DNA of 64,000 nt from Dehalococcoidia bacterium. GTDB lineage: Bacteria > Chloroflexota > Dehalococcoidia > UBA2979. Made by a program: the position numbers and the translations under genes. The notes beneath the pieces are model-generated. The model saw only the letters and a program-made list of their open reading frames with translations, made no database searches and had not been told where the DNA came from. This document shows, piece by piece, positions 47,901 to 56,282 of this stretch. The stretch is from positions 64,001 to 128,000 of the forward strand of contig OZ219872.1 of NCBI GenBank assembly GCA_964291495.2, given 5' to 3'. Position 1 is the stretch's first letter; the number at the start of each line of letters is the position of its first letter.

Positions 47901-48857
47901 CTACGCCTGCGCGGTCTCGGAGTCCGCCAGCAAGCCGTCCACGAACGCCTCCGCGTCGAACGGCGCCAGATCCCCCGGGCCGTCCCCGACCCCGATGAAG
48001 CGCACGGGCAGCCCCAGCTCCGAGGCGACCGCGAAGACGATGCCACCGCGCGCGCTGCCATCGAGCTTCGTGAGGATCACCGAGGTCACCTCGATCGCCT
48101 CGGTGAAGGCGCGCGCCTGCGCGAGGCCGTTCTGCCCGGTGGTCGCGTCGAGCACGAGCGCGACCTCGTCGGGGCCGCGACCGAGTTGCCGCTCGATGAC
48201 GCGCCGGATCTTGGCCAGCTCGTTCATCAGGTTCTGCTTGTTATGTAGTCTCCCGGCCGTATCCACCAGCACGAGGTCGTGGCCGCGCGCCTGCGCCGCC
48301 CCGATCGCGTCGAAGGCGACCGCGGCGGGGTCGGAGCCCGCCTGGTGCGCGATCACGTCGAAGCCGATTCGCTCGCCCCAGCTGCGCAGCTGCTCGATCG
48401 CCGCGGCACGGAACGTGTCGCTGGCCGCGGCGATCACGCGGTTGCCCTCGGCCTGGTAGGCGTGGGCGAGCCGCGCGGCCGCGGTCGTCTTGCCGGTGCC
48501 GTTGACCCCGGCAATCAGCACGACGGCGGGCCGGGGCGGCGCGTCGGAATCCACATCCCAGAGCCGGCCGGCGCCCGCGGGCGCCTCGAGGATCGCGATC
48601 AGCTCGCTGCGCAGCGCGGTGCGCAGCTCTTCCGGCTGCCGCGGATTCGCGGCGCGCACGCGGTCGAGCACCTCGAAGGTGGTCTCCACTCCGGCGTCCG
48701 AGCCGATCATCACCTCTTCGAGCGAGTCCCAGAGTTCGGGCGTGATCCCGTTTCCGCGCAGCAGATCGCCGACGCGGCCGAACCAGCTGCGGCGCGTCCG
48801 CGACAACGCCTGCCCCGTCGCCGCCTCGGACTCCGGGTTGCCTCGCAGCAGCCTCAC
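47901..48857 (-). CDS. ftsY: SRP receptor FtsY
   Basis: GVNGTGKTT, DTFRAAAIEQL, DTAGRLHNK, DATTGQNG, TKLDGSARGG. Confidence 0.97.
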   Translation of the reverse strand: MRLLRGNPESEAATGQALSRTRRSWFGRVGDLLRGNGITPELWDSLEEVMIGSDAGVETTFEVLDRVRAANPRQPEELRTALRSELIAILEAPAGAGRLWDVDSDAPPRPAVVLIAGVNGTGKTTAAARLAHAYQAEGNRVIAAASDTFRAAAIEQLRSWGERIGFDVIAHQAGSDPAAVAFDAIGAAQARGHDLVLVDTAGRLHNKQNLMNELAKIRRVIERQLGRGPDEVALVLDATTGQNGLAQARAFTEAIEVTSVILTKLDGSARGGIVFAVASELGLPVRFIGVGDGPGDLAPFDAEAFVDGLLADSETAQA

Positions 48858-48947
48858 GGCACCATCCTGACCGGCCCTCGATGCGGGCGCCTGCCGATCG
48901 TAGCGAGAGGCGCGGCGAGTGGCGAACGAGCCGCGCCGGCGACCCCG

Positions 48948-51900
48948 TTACGAGGCCTGCGGCAGGTCGGCCAGGCGCAGCGAGAGCACGCGCGAGACGG
49001 AGTCGTCGCCCATCGAGATGCCGTAGATCGTATCGGCGGACTCGACGGTGCCGCGGTTGTGCGTGATCACGATGAACTGCGAGTGCTCGCAGAGCCCGCG
49101 CAGCGTATCGACGAAGCGACCCACGTTCGCCTCGTCGAGCGCGGCGTCGACCTCGTCGAGGACGCAGACCGGCGCCGGGTTGACGTCGAGCAGCGCGAAC
49201 AGCAGCGCCACCGAGGTCAGCGCGCGCTCGCCTCCAGAGAGCATCGAGAGCGAGGAGATGCGCTTGCCGGGCGGCTGCGCGCGCACGTCCACGCCCGCCT
49301 CGCCGCCCTCCTGCTCCGGCTCGACGATGGTCAGCTCCGCCCGTCCGCCGCCGAAGAAGCGCTCGAAGTAGTCGGCGAAGCTCGCGTTGACGTGCTCGAA
49401 CGTGTCGCCGAAGCGCTCGCGAATCTCGCGCTTGAGTTCGGCAATCGCGGTGCGCAGCTGCGCCTCGGCCTCCTCGAGGTCGTCGACCTGCCCGGCGAGG
49501 AAGTCGTGCCGCTCGCGCTCCTCGCTGAGGTCTTCGAGCGCCTCGAGGTTGACCGGGCCGAGCGCGCGGATCTCGGCCCGCAGCTCGGAGATGTGCTCGC
49601 GCAGCTCGGCGGTGTTGACCTCGGCCCCGCCGCTCGCGGGGACCGGCGCCGACAGCACCGGCGGCGCGCCATTGTCGGCAGCACCTCCGTCGGCCAGAGC
49701 CGGCTCGACGGCCGCGCTGCCCTCGAGATCGGGCTGCGCCTGCTCGGCGACGGCTCGGCGCACGCTGCCGTCCTCGCGCAGGACGAGGCCGTCGTCCGCG
49801 ATCTGCCGCTCGAGGTTCTGGACGCGGTTTGCCAGCTCCCGCAACGCGGACTGCGCCTCCAGCAGCTCGCGCTCGGCGGCGAAGAGCCGCGCCTGGCTGT
49901 CGCCGCGCGTCGCCGTCAGCTCGCGCTCGGCGCGCTCCGCGTCGGCCAGCGCGGCGTGCGCCGGTGCGACGGCTTCCTCGGCGGCGCGGCGCGCGCTCTC
50001 GACGTTGGCGACCTGCTCGCCGAGATCGCGCAGCGTGAGATCGAGGTCTTCGAGTTCCTGGCGGACGGCGAGCGCCTGGTCGCGGCGCTCGGCGAGCCGC
50101 TCGCCGCGGTTGCGGTGCGCCTCCTCCAGCGCGACCTGACGGTCGCGGATCGCGGCTTGCTCGCCCTCGGCGGCGGCGAGCCCGGCAGCAGCCCGGGCAA
50201 CCTGCTCGCCGGCTGCGTCGCGCTCGGCGCCGACGGCTTCCGAGCGATCGCGCAAGCCCACGAGGCGTGCGTCGAGCATCTCGAGCGCGGCGCGCTCGCG
50301 CTCGATCGCCGCTGCGGCGTCGTCCGACGTGGCCTCGGGGTCGTCTTCGGCGAGCACGGCGTGGGCGAGGCGCAGCTCGCTGCCGATCGCCACCAGGCGG
50401 CGCCGCAGCCGTGCGCTGTCCTGCTCGTGCGTGCGCAGCGCGGTCTCCGCCGCCGTCGCGGCGCTGCGCGCGGCCTCGAGGGCGTCGCGGGAGTCGGCGA
50501 CGATGTCGTCGAAGTGCTGAACCTGCGCGGCGGCGGCGGCTTCGGCCTCGCGCGCGGCCTCGATTGCCTCGGGCAGCGCGTGTTCCTCGTCCTGCAGCAC
50601 GAACTGCTCGGCCGCCGAGCCGCGTGAGCCGCCGTAGATCGAGCCGTCCGCGCGCACCAGCACGCCGTCACGCGTGACGACGGAGCCGAGGCCGCGCTGG
50701 ACCGTCTTGAGCGCGGTCTGCACGTCCTCGACGACGATCGTGCGCCCCAGCAGGAGGTCGATCAGCGGGCGGTACTTGCGCTGGGTCTTGACCAGCGCCG
50801 ACGCGACGCCGACGACGCCGCGCTCGCTCAGCATGTTGAGTGAGTACTGCCGGTCGACGGCGTCGAGTGGCAGCACGGTGACGGAGCCGGCGCCCTGCGC
50901 GCGCAGATGCTCGATAGCGGCCAGCGCCTCGTCCTGTCGTTCGACCACGACGGCGCCGATCCATTCGGCGAGCGCCGCCTCGATGGCGTGTTCGAGGCCC
51001 TGCGGCACGCGGATCAGCCGCCCGAGGAGCCCCACCACGCCGCTCAGCTGCTGCTCGTCCGGGCCCGGCTCCCTGGCGGCGCGCAGCAGCTCCTGGGAGG
51101 CGGAGCCCTGCCGCGCCAGTTGCGCCGCCAGCTCGGCGGCAAGCTCGCGGCGGGCCTCCAACTGCTCGCGCCGCGTGGTCGCCCCGCGCAGCGCCTCGCG
51201 GCCTTCCTCGGCGCGCGTCCGAGTCTCCTCGATCCGCCGCTCGGCGATCGCGCGGCGGCGCAGCGCCTCCGCCGCCTGCTGCGTGAGGCGCTCGTGTTCG
51301 CGCCGCGCCGCCAGCGCGCGCTGCCCGTAGTCGCGCAGCTCGTCGTGCAACTCGTCGCGGCGGCGGGCCGCCTCGCGCTGCTCCCGGTCGCGGCGCTGCT
51401 GCTCGGCCTCGACCCTCGCGCGCCGCGACTCAGCGTCGCGGATGGTGGTCTCGATGCGGGAGCGGCGGGCCTCGGCTTCCGCGAGATCGCGCAGGACATC
51501 GCGCACCGCCTCATCCGCCGCGCGCATCGCCTCCTGAGCGCCCTCGAGGCTGGCGCGCGACTCGGCGACCCGCGCGTCCAGCTCGATCAGCGTGGCGTCG
51601 TCCGCTGCGCCGGGGCCGGGCGCGGTTTCCAGCTCCTGGATGGCGGCGTCGAGCTCCGTGCGGCGCACCAGCAGCAGCTCCTGGCGCTGCTCGGCGAGCG
51701 CGCGCTGCTGTCCAAGCGCCAGCGAGCGTTCGGCCAGCTCGCGCTCGCGGCGCTGCGCGCCGCTCAGCTCCGCGCGCGCCGCGGCGACGGCGCGCTCCGC
51801 GGCGGCGATCTCGGGGGCGAACGCCTCGGCCTGCCGGCGCGCCGCGGCAAACGCCTCGGAACGCTGGTCGTGCCGCGCCTGCGCCGCCGCCAGCGCCTCG

Positions 51901-52613
51901 CTCGCCTCTCGCAGCTCGGTCTCGTACCAGGCCTCGAGGGCCGCGCCGAGCCGGGCATCGAGCTCGCGGAAGCGGCTGGCGCGCTGCGACTGCCGCTCCA
52001 GCTGCCGCAGCCGCGGCGCCAGTTCGCGGATCAGCACCCGGACGTGGCCGAGGTTGTCGCGCGTCTGCGTGAGCCGCCGCTCCGCCCGCGTCAGCTCGAT
52101 GCGGTGGCCGTGCACCTCGGCGGCCTCTTCGATCAGGTTGCGGCGCTCCTGCGGCCGCAGGCCGAGCACCTCGTCGACGAGGCCCTGCGACATCATCGCG
52201 TAGGAGTTCTGGCCGACCTGCGCGCGCCGGAACAGGTCTTGCACGTCCAGCAGCCGCACCTTCTGACCGTTGATCCGGTACTCGTTCTCGCCGCTGCGGT
52301 AGGCGCGCCGGCTGACGCTCACCTCGTCGAAGTCGACCGGCATCCATTGCTCGGAGTTGTCGAGGATCAGCGTCACCTCGGCGACGCCCATCTCGCGCCG
52401 CGTGTCGGAGCCGGAGAAGATCACGTCGCCCGTCTTGCGGGCGCGGATCGAGCGCGAGGACTGCTCGCCGAGAGCCCAGCGGATCGCGTCGGCGACATTG
52501 GACTTGCCGGACCCGTTGGGTCCGACGACGGCGGTCAGGCCGGGGCCGAACTCGAAGACCTGGCGGTCCGCGAAGGACTTGAACCCGTACGCCTCGACGC
52601 GTCGCAGGTACAT
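48948..52613 (-). CDS. smc: chromosome segregation protein SMC
   Basis: GFKSFAD, GPNGSGKSN, long coiled coils with hinge, LSGGE, LDEVDAALDEAN; located between rnc and ftsY. Confidence 0.96.
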   Translation of the reverse strand: MYLRRVEAYGFKSFADRQVFEFGPGLTAVVGPNGSGKSNVADAIRWALGEQSSRSIRARKTGDVIFSGSDTRREMGVAEVTLILDNSEQWMPVDFDEVSVSRRAYRSGENEYRINGQKVRLLDVQDLFRRAQVGQNSYAMMSQGLVDEVLGLRPQERRNLIEEAAEVHGHRIELTRAERRLTQTRDNLGHVRVLIRELAPRLRQLERQSQRASRFRELDARLGAALEAWYETELREASEALAAAQARHDQRSEAFAAARRQAEAFAPEIAAAERAVAAARAELSGAQRRERELAERSLALGQQRALAEQRQELLLVRRTELDAAIQELETAPGPGAADDATLIELDARVAESRASLEGAQEAMRAADEAVRDVLRDLAEAEARRSRIETTIRDAESRRARVEAEQQRRDREQREAARRRDELHDELRDYGQRALAARREHERLTQQAAEALRRRAIAERRIEETRTRAEEGREALRGATTRREQLEARRELAAELAAQLARQGSASQELLRAAREPGPDEQQLSGVVGLLGRLIRVPQGLEHAIEAALAEWIGAVVVERQDEALAAIEHLRAQGAGSVTVLPLDAVDRQYSLNMLSERGVVGVASALVKTQRKYRPLIDLLLGRTIVVEDVQTALKTVQRGLGSVVTRDGVLVRADGSIYGGSRGSAAEQFVLQDEEHALPEAIEAAREAEAAAAAQVQHFDDIVADSRDALEAARSAATAAETALRTHEQDSARLRRRLVAIGSELRLAHAVLAEDDPEATSDDAAAAIERERAALEMLDARLVGLRDRSEAVGAERDAAGEQVARAAAGLAAAEGEQAAIRDRQVALEEAHRNRGERLAERRDQALAVRQELEDLDLTLRDLGEQVANVESARRAAEEAVAPAHAALADAERAERELTATRGDSQARLFAAERELLEAQSALRELANRVQNLERQIADDGLVLREDGSVRRAVAEQAQPDLEGSAAVEPALADGGAADNGAPPVLSAPVPASGGAEVNTAELREHISELRAEIRALGPVNLEALEDLSEERERHDFLAGQVDDLEEAEAQLRTAIAELKREIRERFGDTFEHVNASFADYFERFFGGGRAELTIVEPEQEGGEAGVDVRAQPPGKRISSLSMLSGGERALTSVALLFALLDVNPAPVCVLDEVDAALDEANVGRFVDTLRGLCEHSQFIVITHNRGTVESADTIYGISMGDDSVSRVLSLRLADLPQAS

Positions 52614-52618
52614 CGGGG

Positions 52619-53344
52619 CTAGTCCGTCCCGGCTGCGCGCATGCGCAGCTCCCGCAGCGCCTCGCGGGCGGCGTCCTTCTCGGCCTGCTGCTTGGTGCGC
52701 CCGCTCCCGCGGCCCAGCACCTCGCCGTCGATGCGGACCTCGACCGAGAACTCGCGGGCATGTTCCGGCCCGCGTTCCTCGACAGTCACGTACTGGGGAC
52801 GCCCGAAGCGACCCTCGCAGTACTGCTGGAGGGCGCCCTTGGTGTTCAGCTCCGCCGGGTCGATCTGCAGCGCCTCCAGCTCGGGCGCGAGCGTGCGCTC
52901 GATGAAGCGCCGCGCGCCCTCGATGCCGCCGTCCGGCCCGCGATCAAGCTTGAGCGCGCCGATCAGCGCCTCATAGGCGTCGGCCAGGTTGCCGGGGCGC
53001 TCGCGCCCGCCCGTCGCCTCCTCGCCGCGTCCGAGCAGCAACCAGCGGCCGAGGTCGAGGCGCTTCGCCGCCTCGGCCAGCGTCGAGCCCTGCACGATGT
53101 GCGCGCGCCAGAGCGTCAGGCGGCCCTCCTCGACATCGGGGAAGCGCTCGTAGAGGCGTTCGGCGATGACCATGCCGAGCACGGAATCGCCGAGGAACTC
53201 GAGCCGATCGAAGGAGCCGTCGGAGCCCTCGTGCTCGTTGGTGTAGGACGGGTGAGTAAGCGCAAGGCGCAGCAGCGTCTCGTCCGCGAACTCGATCCGG
53301 AGAGCGGCCAGTGCGTCGTGGAGGCAAGGCGGCGCGGAGACCAA
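52619..53344 (-). CDS. rnc: ribonuclease III
   Basis: ALTHPSY, DRLEFLGDSVLG, ADAYEALIGA, dsRBD (GPEHAREF, G.G.TKQQAE); start uncertain. Confidence 0.95.
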   Translation of the reverse strand: MVSAPPCLHDALAALRIEFADETLLRLALTHPSYTNEHEGSDGSFDRLEFLGDSVLGMVIAERLYERFPDVEEGRLTLWRAHIVQGSTLAEAAKRLDLGRWLLLGRGEEATGGRERPGNLADAYEALIGALKLDRGPDGGIEGARRFIERTLAPELEALQIDPAELNTKGALQQYCEGRFGRPQYVTVEERGPEHAREFSVEVRIDGEVLGRGSGRTKQQAEKDAAREALRELRMRAAGTD

Positions 53345-53451
53345 GCGAGTACCCTTTCGGGCGTACGTGCTCCGCCATCACGTACGCGACCGCCCGGAAC
53401 CCCGCCACAGCCGGGACGGGCCGGGAACGCCCCGCTCGCACCCGGTATCGT

Positions 53452-54717
53452 ATGAGCGGGTGCCTGCGAGTGTCAAGAATCGCTTATCCGCTTATACGTC
53501 CTACGGTCTCGCGCCTGCGCCTCGCGCTCCCGGCCGACGCTCGTTCGCTGCTCGACGCAGCCATCGAGGCCGCCATCGAATCCGGCAGCGAGCTGTGGGC
53601 GGTCGGCGGCGCGATCCGCGATCTCGCCGCGGGCGCCGCGCCGTCCGAGGTCGACCTTGTATGCGGCGGCGATCCCGCCGTCCTCGCCGCCTCGATCGCG
53701 GCGCGGCTCGGCGAGACTGCGGGTGTGCACGAGGAGCCGCGGTTCGCCACCGCGCGCGTCGGGTGGCGCGGACGGCGGCTCGATATCGCCGCGCTGCGCA
53801 GCGAGCGCTACGCACGGCCCGGGGCGCTGCCCGAGGTGCGCCCCGGCGCAACGATCGAGGCGGACCTGGGGCGGCGCGACTTCAGCGTCAACGCCGCCGC
53901 GCTCGGCGTCGCCGGGCCACGCCGCGGCGAGCTGCTGGACCCTCACGGCGGCCTCGAGGATCTCGCCGCGCGACGCCTGCGCGCACTGCACGCCGACAGC
54001 TTCCGCGACGACGCCACGCGGCTCTGGCGCGGCGCGCGCTACGCCACGGCGCTCGGGCTGCGGCCCGATCCAGAGACGGCGCGCCTCATCGAGGACGCCC
54101 CGCGCTGGATCGCGCGCAGCTCCGGCCGGCGGCTCTGGGCCGAGTTCGAGCGCGTTGCGGAGAGCCGCCACGTCGGCGCGGCGCTGCGCCTGCTGGAGGG
54201 CTGGGGCGTGCTGCGCGGCGTGCATCCCGCCTGGTCGCTCCCACCCGAGGCCTCGCGAGCACTCGCGAGGCGGCCCGGCCCGCACTCGCCCGCGCTGCTG
54301 CTCGCCGTGGTGCTCGCCCCGCTCGCCGGGCGCGAGGCGATCGCCGCCCGCCTCGCGGCGCCGCGAGCGGCACACCGCGCCGTCGAGGAGGCGGCGCGGC
54401 TTCTTGGAGCACATGACCGCACTCCGCCGAGCCTCGCGGCCCTCGAGGGCGTGGCGGACGAGGCCCGCCTCGCCGCCCGCTGGCTCGATCCGCCGGGCCA
54501 ACGGGCGCTGCAACGCGATCTGCGGCGCTGGGAGCGCACACGCGCGCCGCTGGACGCCGGTGCGCTGCTCAGGCTCGGCGTCGAGCGCGGTCCCGCCCTC
54601 GGCGCGTGGCTCGGGCGCTTGCGCCGCGAGCGTTATCTCGGCAATCTGAGGGACGCGGCGAGCGCGCGCCGCGCGGTGCGGGCCGCATTGCGCGACGCCG
54701 AGTCGGAGGAACGATGA
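53452..54717 (+). CDS. CCA tRNA nucleotidyltransferase / poly(A) polymerase family
   Basis: VGGAIRD, DIAALRSERY..PGALPEV, DLGRRDFSVNA, LHADSFRDDATRLWR; start uncertain. Confidence 0.85.
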   Translation: MSGCLRVSRIAYPLIRPTVSRLRLALPADARSLLDAAIEAAIESGSELWAVGGAIRDLAAGAAPSEVDLVCGGDPAVLAASIAARLGETAGVHEEPRFATARVGWRGRRLDIAALRSERYARPGALPEVRPGATIEADLGRRDFSVNAAALGVAGPRRGELLDPHGGLEDLAARRLRALHADSFRDDATRLWRGARYATALGLRPDPETARLIEDAPRWIARSSGRRLWAEFERVAESRHVGAALRLLEGWGVLRGVHPAWSLPPEASRALARRPGPHSPALLLAVVLAPLAGREAIAARLAAPRAAHRAVEEAARLLGAHDRTPPSLAALEGVADEARLAARWLDPPGQRALQRDLRRWERTRAPLDAGALLRLGVERGPALGAWLGRLRRERYLGNLRDAASARRAVRAALRDAESEER

Positions 54718-55001
54718 GCACGCTGCCCGCCCAACGCCAGCCCGCCGAGGCGCCCGCGGCGGCGGTCACGCTGCTCGACTGCGCCGTCTGTGGCCTCCAG
54801 GGACCGCTCAAGGAGATGGCCGACTGCGCCGAGTGCGGGGCCGTCTTCCACATCGACCTCAGCCAGGACGGGCTGGGCCGCAGCTGCGGCGCGGCGACCT
54901 TCGGGCAGGCCTGCGGCTTCAGCTTCAGCTGCGACCCCTGCATCGAGCGCTACGAGGCCGACGCCGCCACGGGCGGGCACTGGCGCTCCGTCGTCCGCTA
55001 G
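54714..55001 (+). CDS. small Cys/His zinc-finger protein (PHD-like), copy 1
   Basis: GGAGG RBS; ATGA overlap with the CCA gene; CAVC-x11-CAEC-x4-H-x11-C...FSCDPC. Confidence 0.8.
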   Translation: MSTLPAQRQPAEAPAAAVTLLDCAVCGLQGPLKEMADCAECGAVFHIDLSQDGLGRSCGAATFGQACGFSFSCDPCIERYEADAATGGHWRSVVR

Positions 55002-55037
55002 CGGCGGTCGGCCAGGCCGCGCACGAGGAGAGACGCG

Positions 55038-55463
55038 ATGACTTCGGCCCCGACCCACACCTGCGAGATCTGCGAGGTCTCCGAGACAAACGCCCAGCTG
55101 CTCTCCGATTGCAGCAACTGCGGCATGCTCTTCCACCTCAACCCCCGCAACGACATCCCGGGCATCGACTGCGGCGACGTCTGGGTGGGCGACTGCGACG
55201 AGCCGGTGCTGCAGTTCTTCTGCAACCGCTGCCTCGAGCTGATCCGCGGCAGCATCCAGGCCGAGGGCTTCCAGGCGCCTCCTCCCGGCTTCGACCCGCT
55301 GGGTGCGCCGCCCGGCGCCCACGCCGGCACGATCGCCATGCCCCCCGTTCCCCCGCCTGCTCCGGCGTCTCCGCCTCCGCCGGCGGCAGCGAGCGAGCCA
55401 CCGCCCGCCGCAGCGCCCGAGCGCCCGAGGCGTCGCCGCTTCCGCCGCATCGACGGCCCCTAG
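55038..55463 (+). CDS. small Cys/His zinc-finger protein (PHD-like), copy 2, with Pro-rich/Arg-rich tail
   Basis: GAGGAG RBS; CEIC-x12-CSNC-x4-H-x11-C...FFCNRC. Confidence 0.82.
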   Translation: MTSAPTHTCEICEVSETNAQLLSDCSNCGMLFHLNPRNDIPGIDCGDVWVGDCDEPVLQFFCNRCLELIRGSIQAEGFQAPPPGFDPLGAPPGAHAGTIAMPPVPPPAPASPPPPAAASEPPPAAAPERPRRRRFRRIDGP

Positions 55464-55468
55464 CCTCG

Positions 55469-55813
55469 GTGGCCTCGCGCGGCCGCCGCTTCCGCCCCCG
55501 GCGCAGCGAGGCGCCCGCGCCGCCTCCCGCCGCCCAGCCGCGTCCGGAGGGCGGGACGAGCCGCCTCGGCATCGTGCTGCTGTTGCTCCTTGGCTACTGG
55601 CTCGCGCGTGTCGCGACGTTCCTGCCCGCCGAGCCGCTGCAGGCGCTGGACGTCGTCGTGGCGCTGCTCATCGCCGTGCTGCTCGCGGTCTGGTACCGCC
55701 GCCGCGCGCGGCGCTACCTCGAGGCCCGGCAGGCAGCCGAACAGCGGCGCGCCGCGAACGAGGACGCCGCAGCGGCGGCCGAGCAGACCGTCGCCGAGGA
55801 GCCTAGGGAGTAG
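55469..55813 (+). CDS. small two-TM membrane protein
   Basis: GTG start 6 nt after the previous stop; LGIVLLLLLGYWL..VVVALLIAVLLAVWYRRR. Confidence 0.65.
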   Translation: MASRGRRFRPRRSEAPAPPPAAQPRPEGGTSRLGIVLLLLLGYWLARVATFLPAEPLQALDVVVALLIAVLLAVWYRRRARRYLEARQAAEQRRAANEDAAAAAEQTVAEEPRE

Positions 55814-56282
55814 GCAGCCGGAACCAGGTCGCGTCGTCCTCGGGGCGAGGCGAGCGCAGCGGGGCGTAGCCGGCGCGCAGCCAGAAGTAGAGCCCGCGCC
55901 CGTTGCCGCGCGGCGCGCGCCCGTAGAAGCTGCGGACGCCCTCGCGACGCAGGCGCCGCTCCGCGATCCGCACCGCACGCTGGGCGATCGAGCGCCCGCG
56001 CCGCTCGGGCGCGATCGCGACACCGGAGAACGTCACGGTCCGCGCTCCCGGCCCCGGCGCGATGCCCAGCACCCCGACGGTCTCGCCCCCGGCACGCACG
56101 TGGTAGAGGCTCGTCTCCGCCAGCGGCGCCGTCACCGCGCCCCGATGGCTGCGCGCGACGCCCTCGCGGATCGCCTGCGCGACGCCCTCGTCCTCCGGCG
56201 GCGCGTCCGCCGCCACCAGCGTGACGCCCTCGCCGCGCGCCCAGGGACGCGCTCGCGCCGGCCGGGGGGCCGGCTCAGCCAC
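55803..56282 (-). CDS. GNAT family acetyltransferase
   Basis: VAIAPERRGRSIA (motif A), NGRGLYFWLRAGY. Confidence 0.78.
   Translation of the reverse strand: MAEPAPRPARARPWARGEGVTLVAADAPPEDEGVAQAIREGVARSHRGAVTAPLAETSLYHVRAGGETVGVLGIAPGPGARTVTFSGVAIAPERRGRSIAQRAVRIAERRLRREGVRSFYGRAPRGNGRGLYFWLRAGYAPLRSPRPEDDATWFRLPTP

Noticed and set aside
48948-52613. SMC-based defence system (Wadjet/Lamassu)
   Set aside because: Canonical rnc-smc-ftsY context with a hinge domain; no jet/lmu partner genes.
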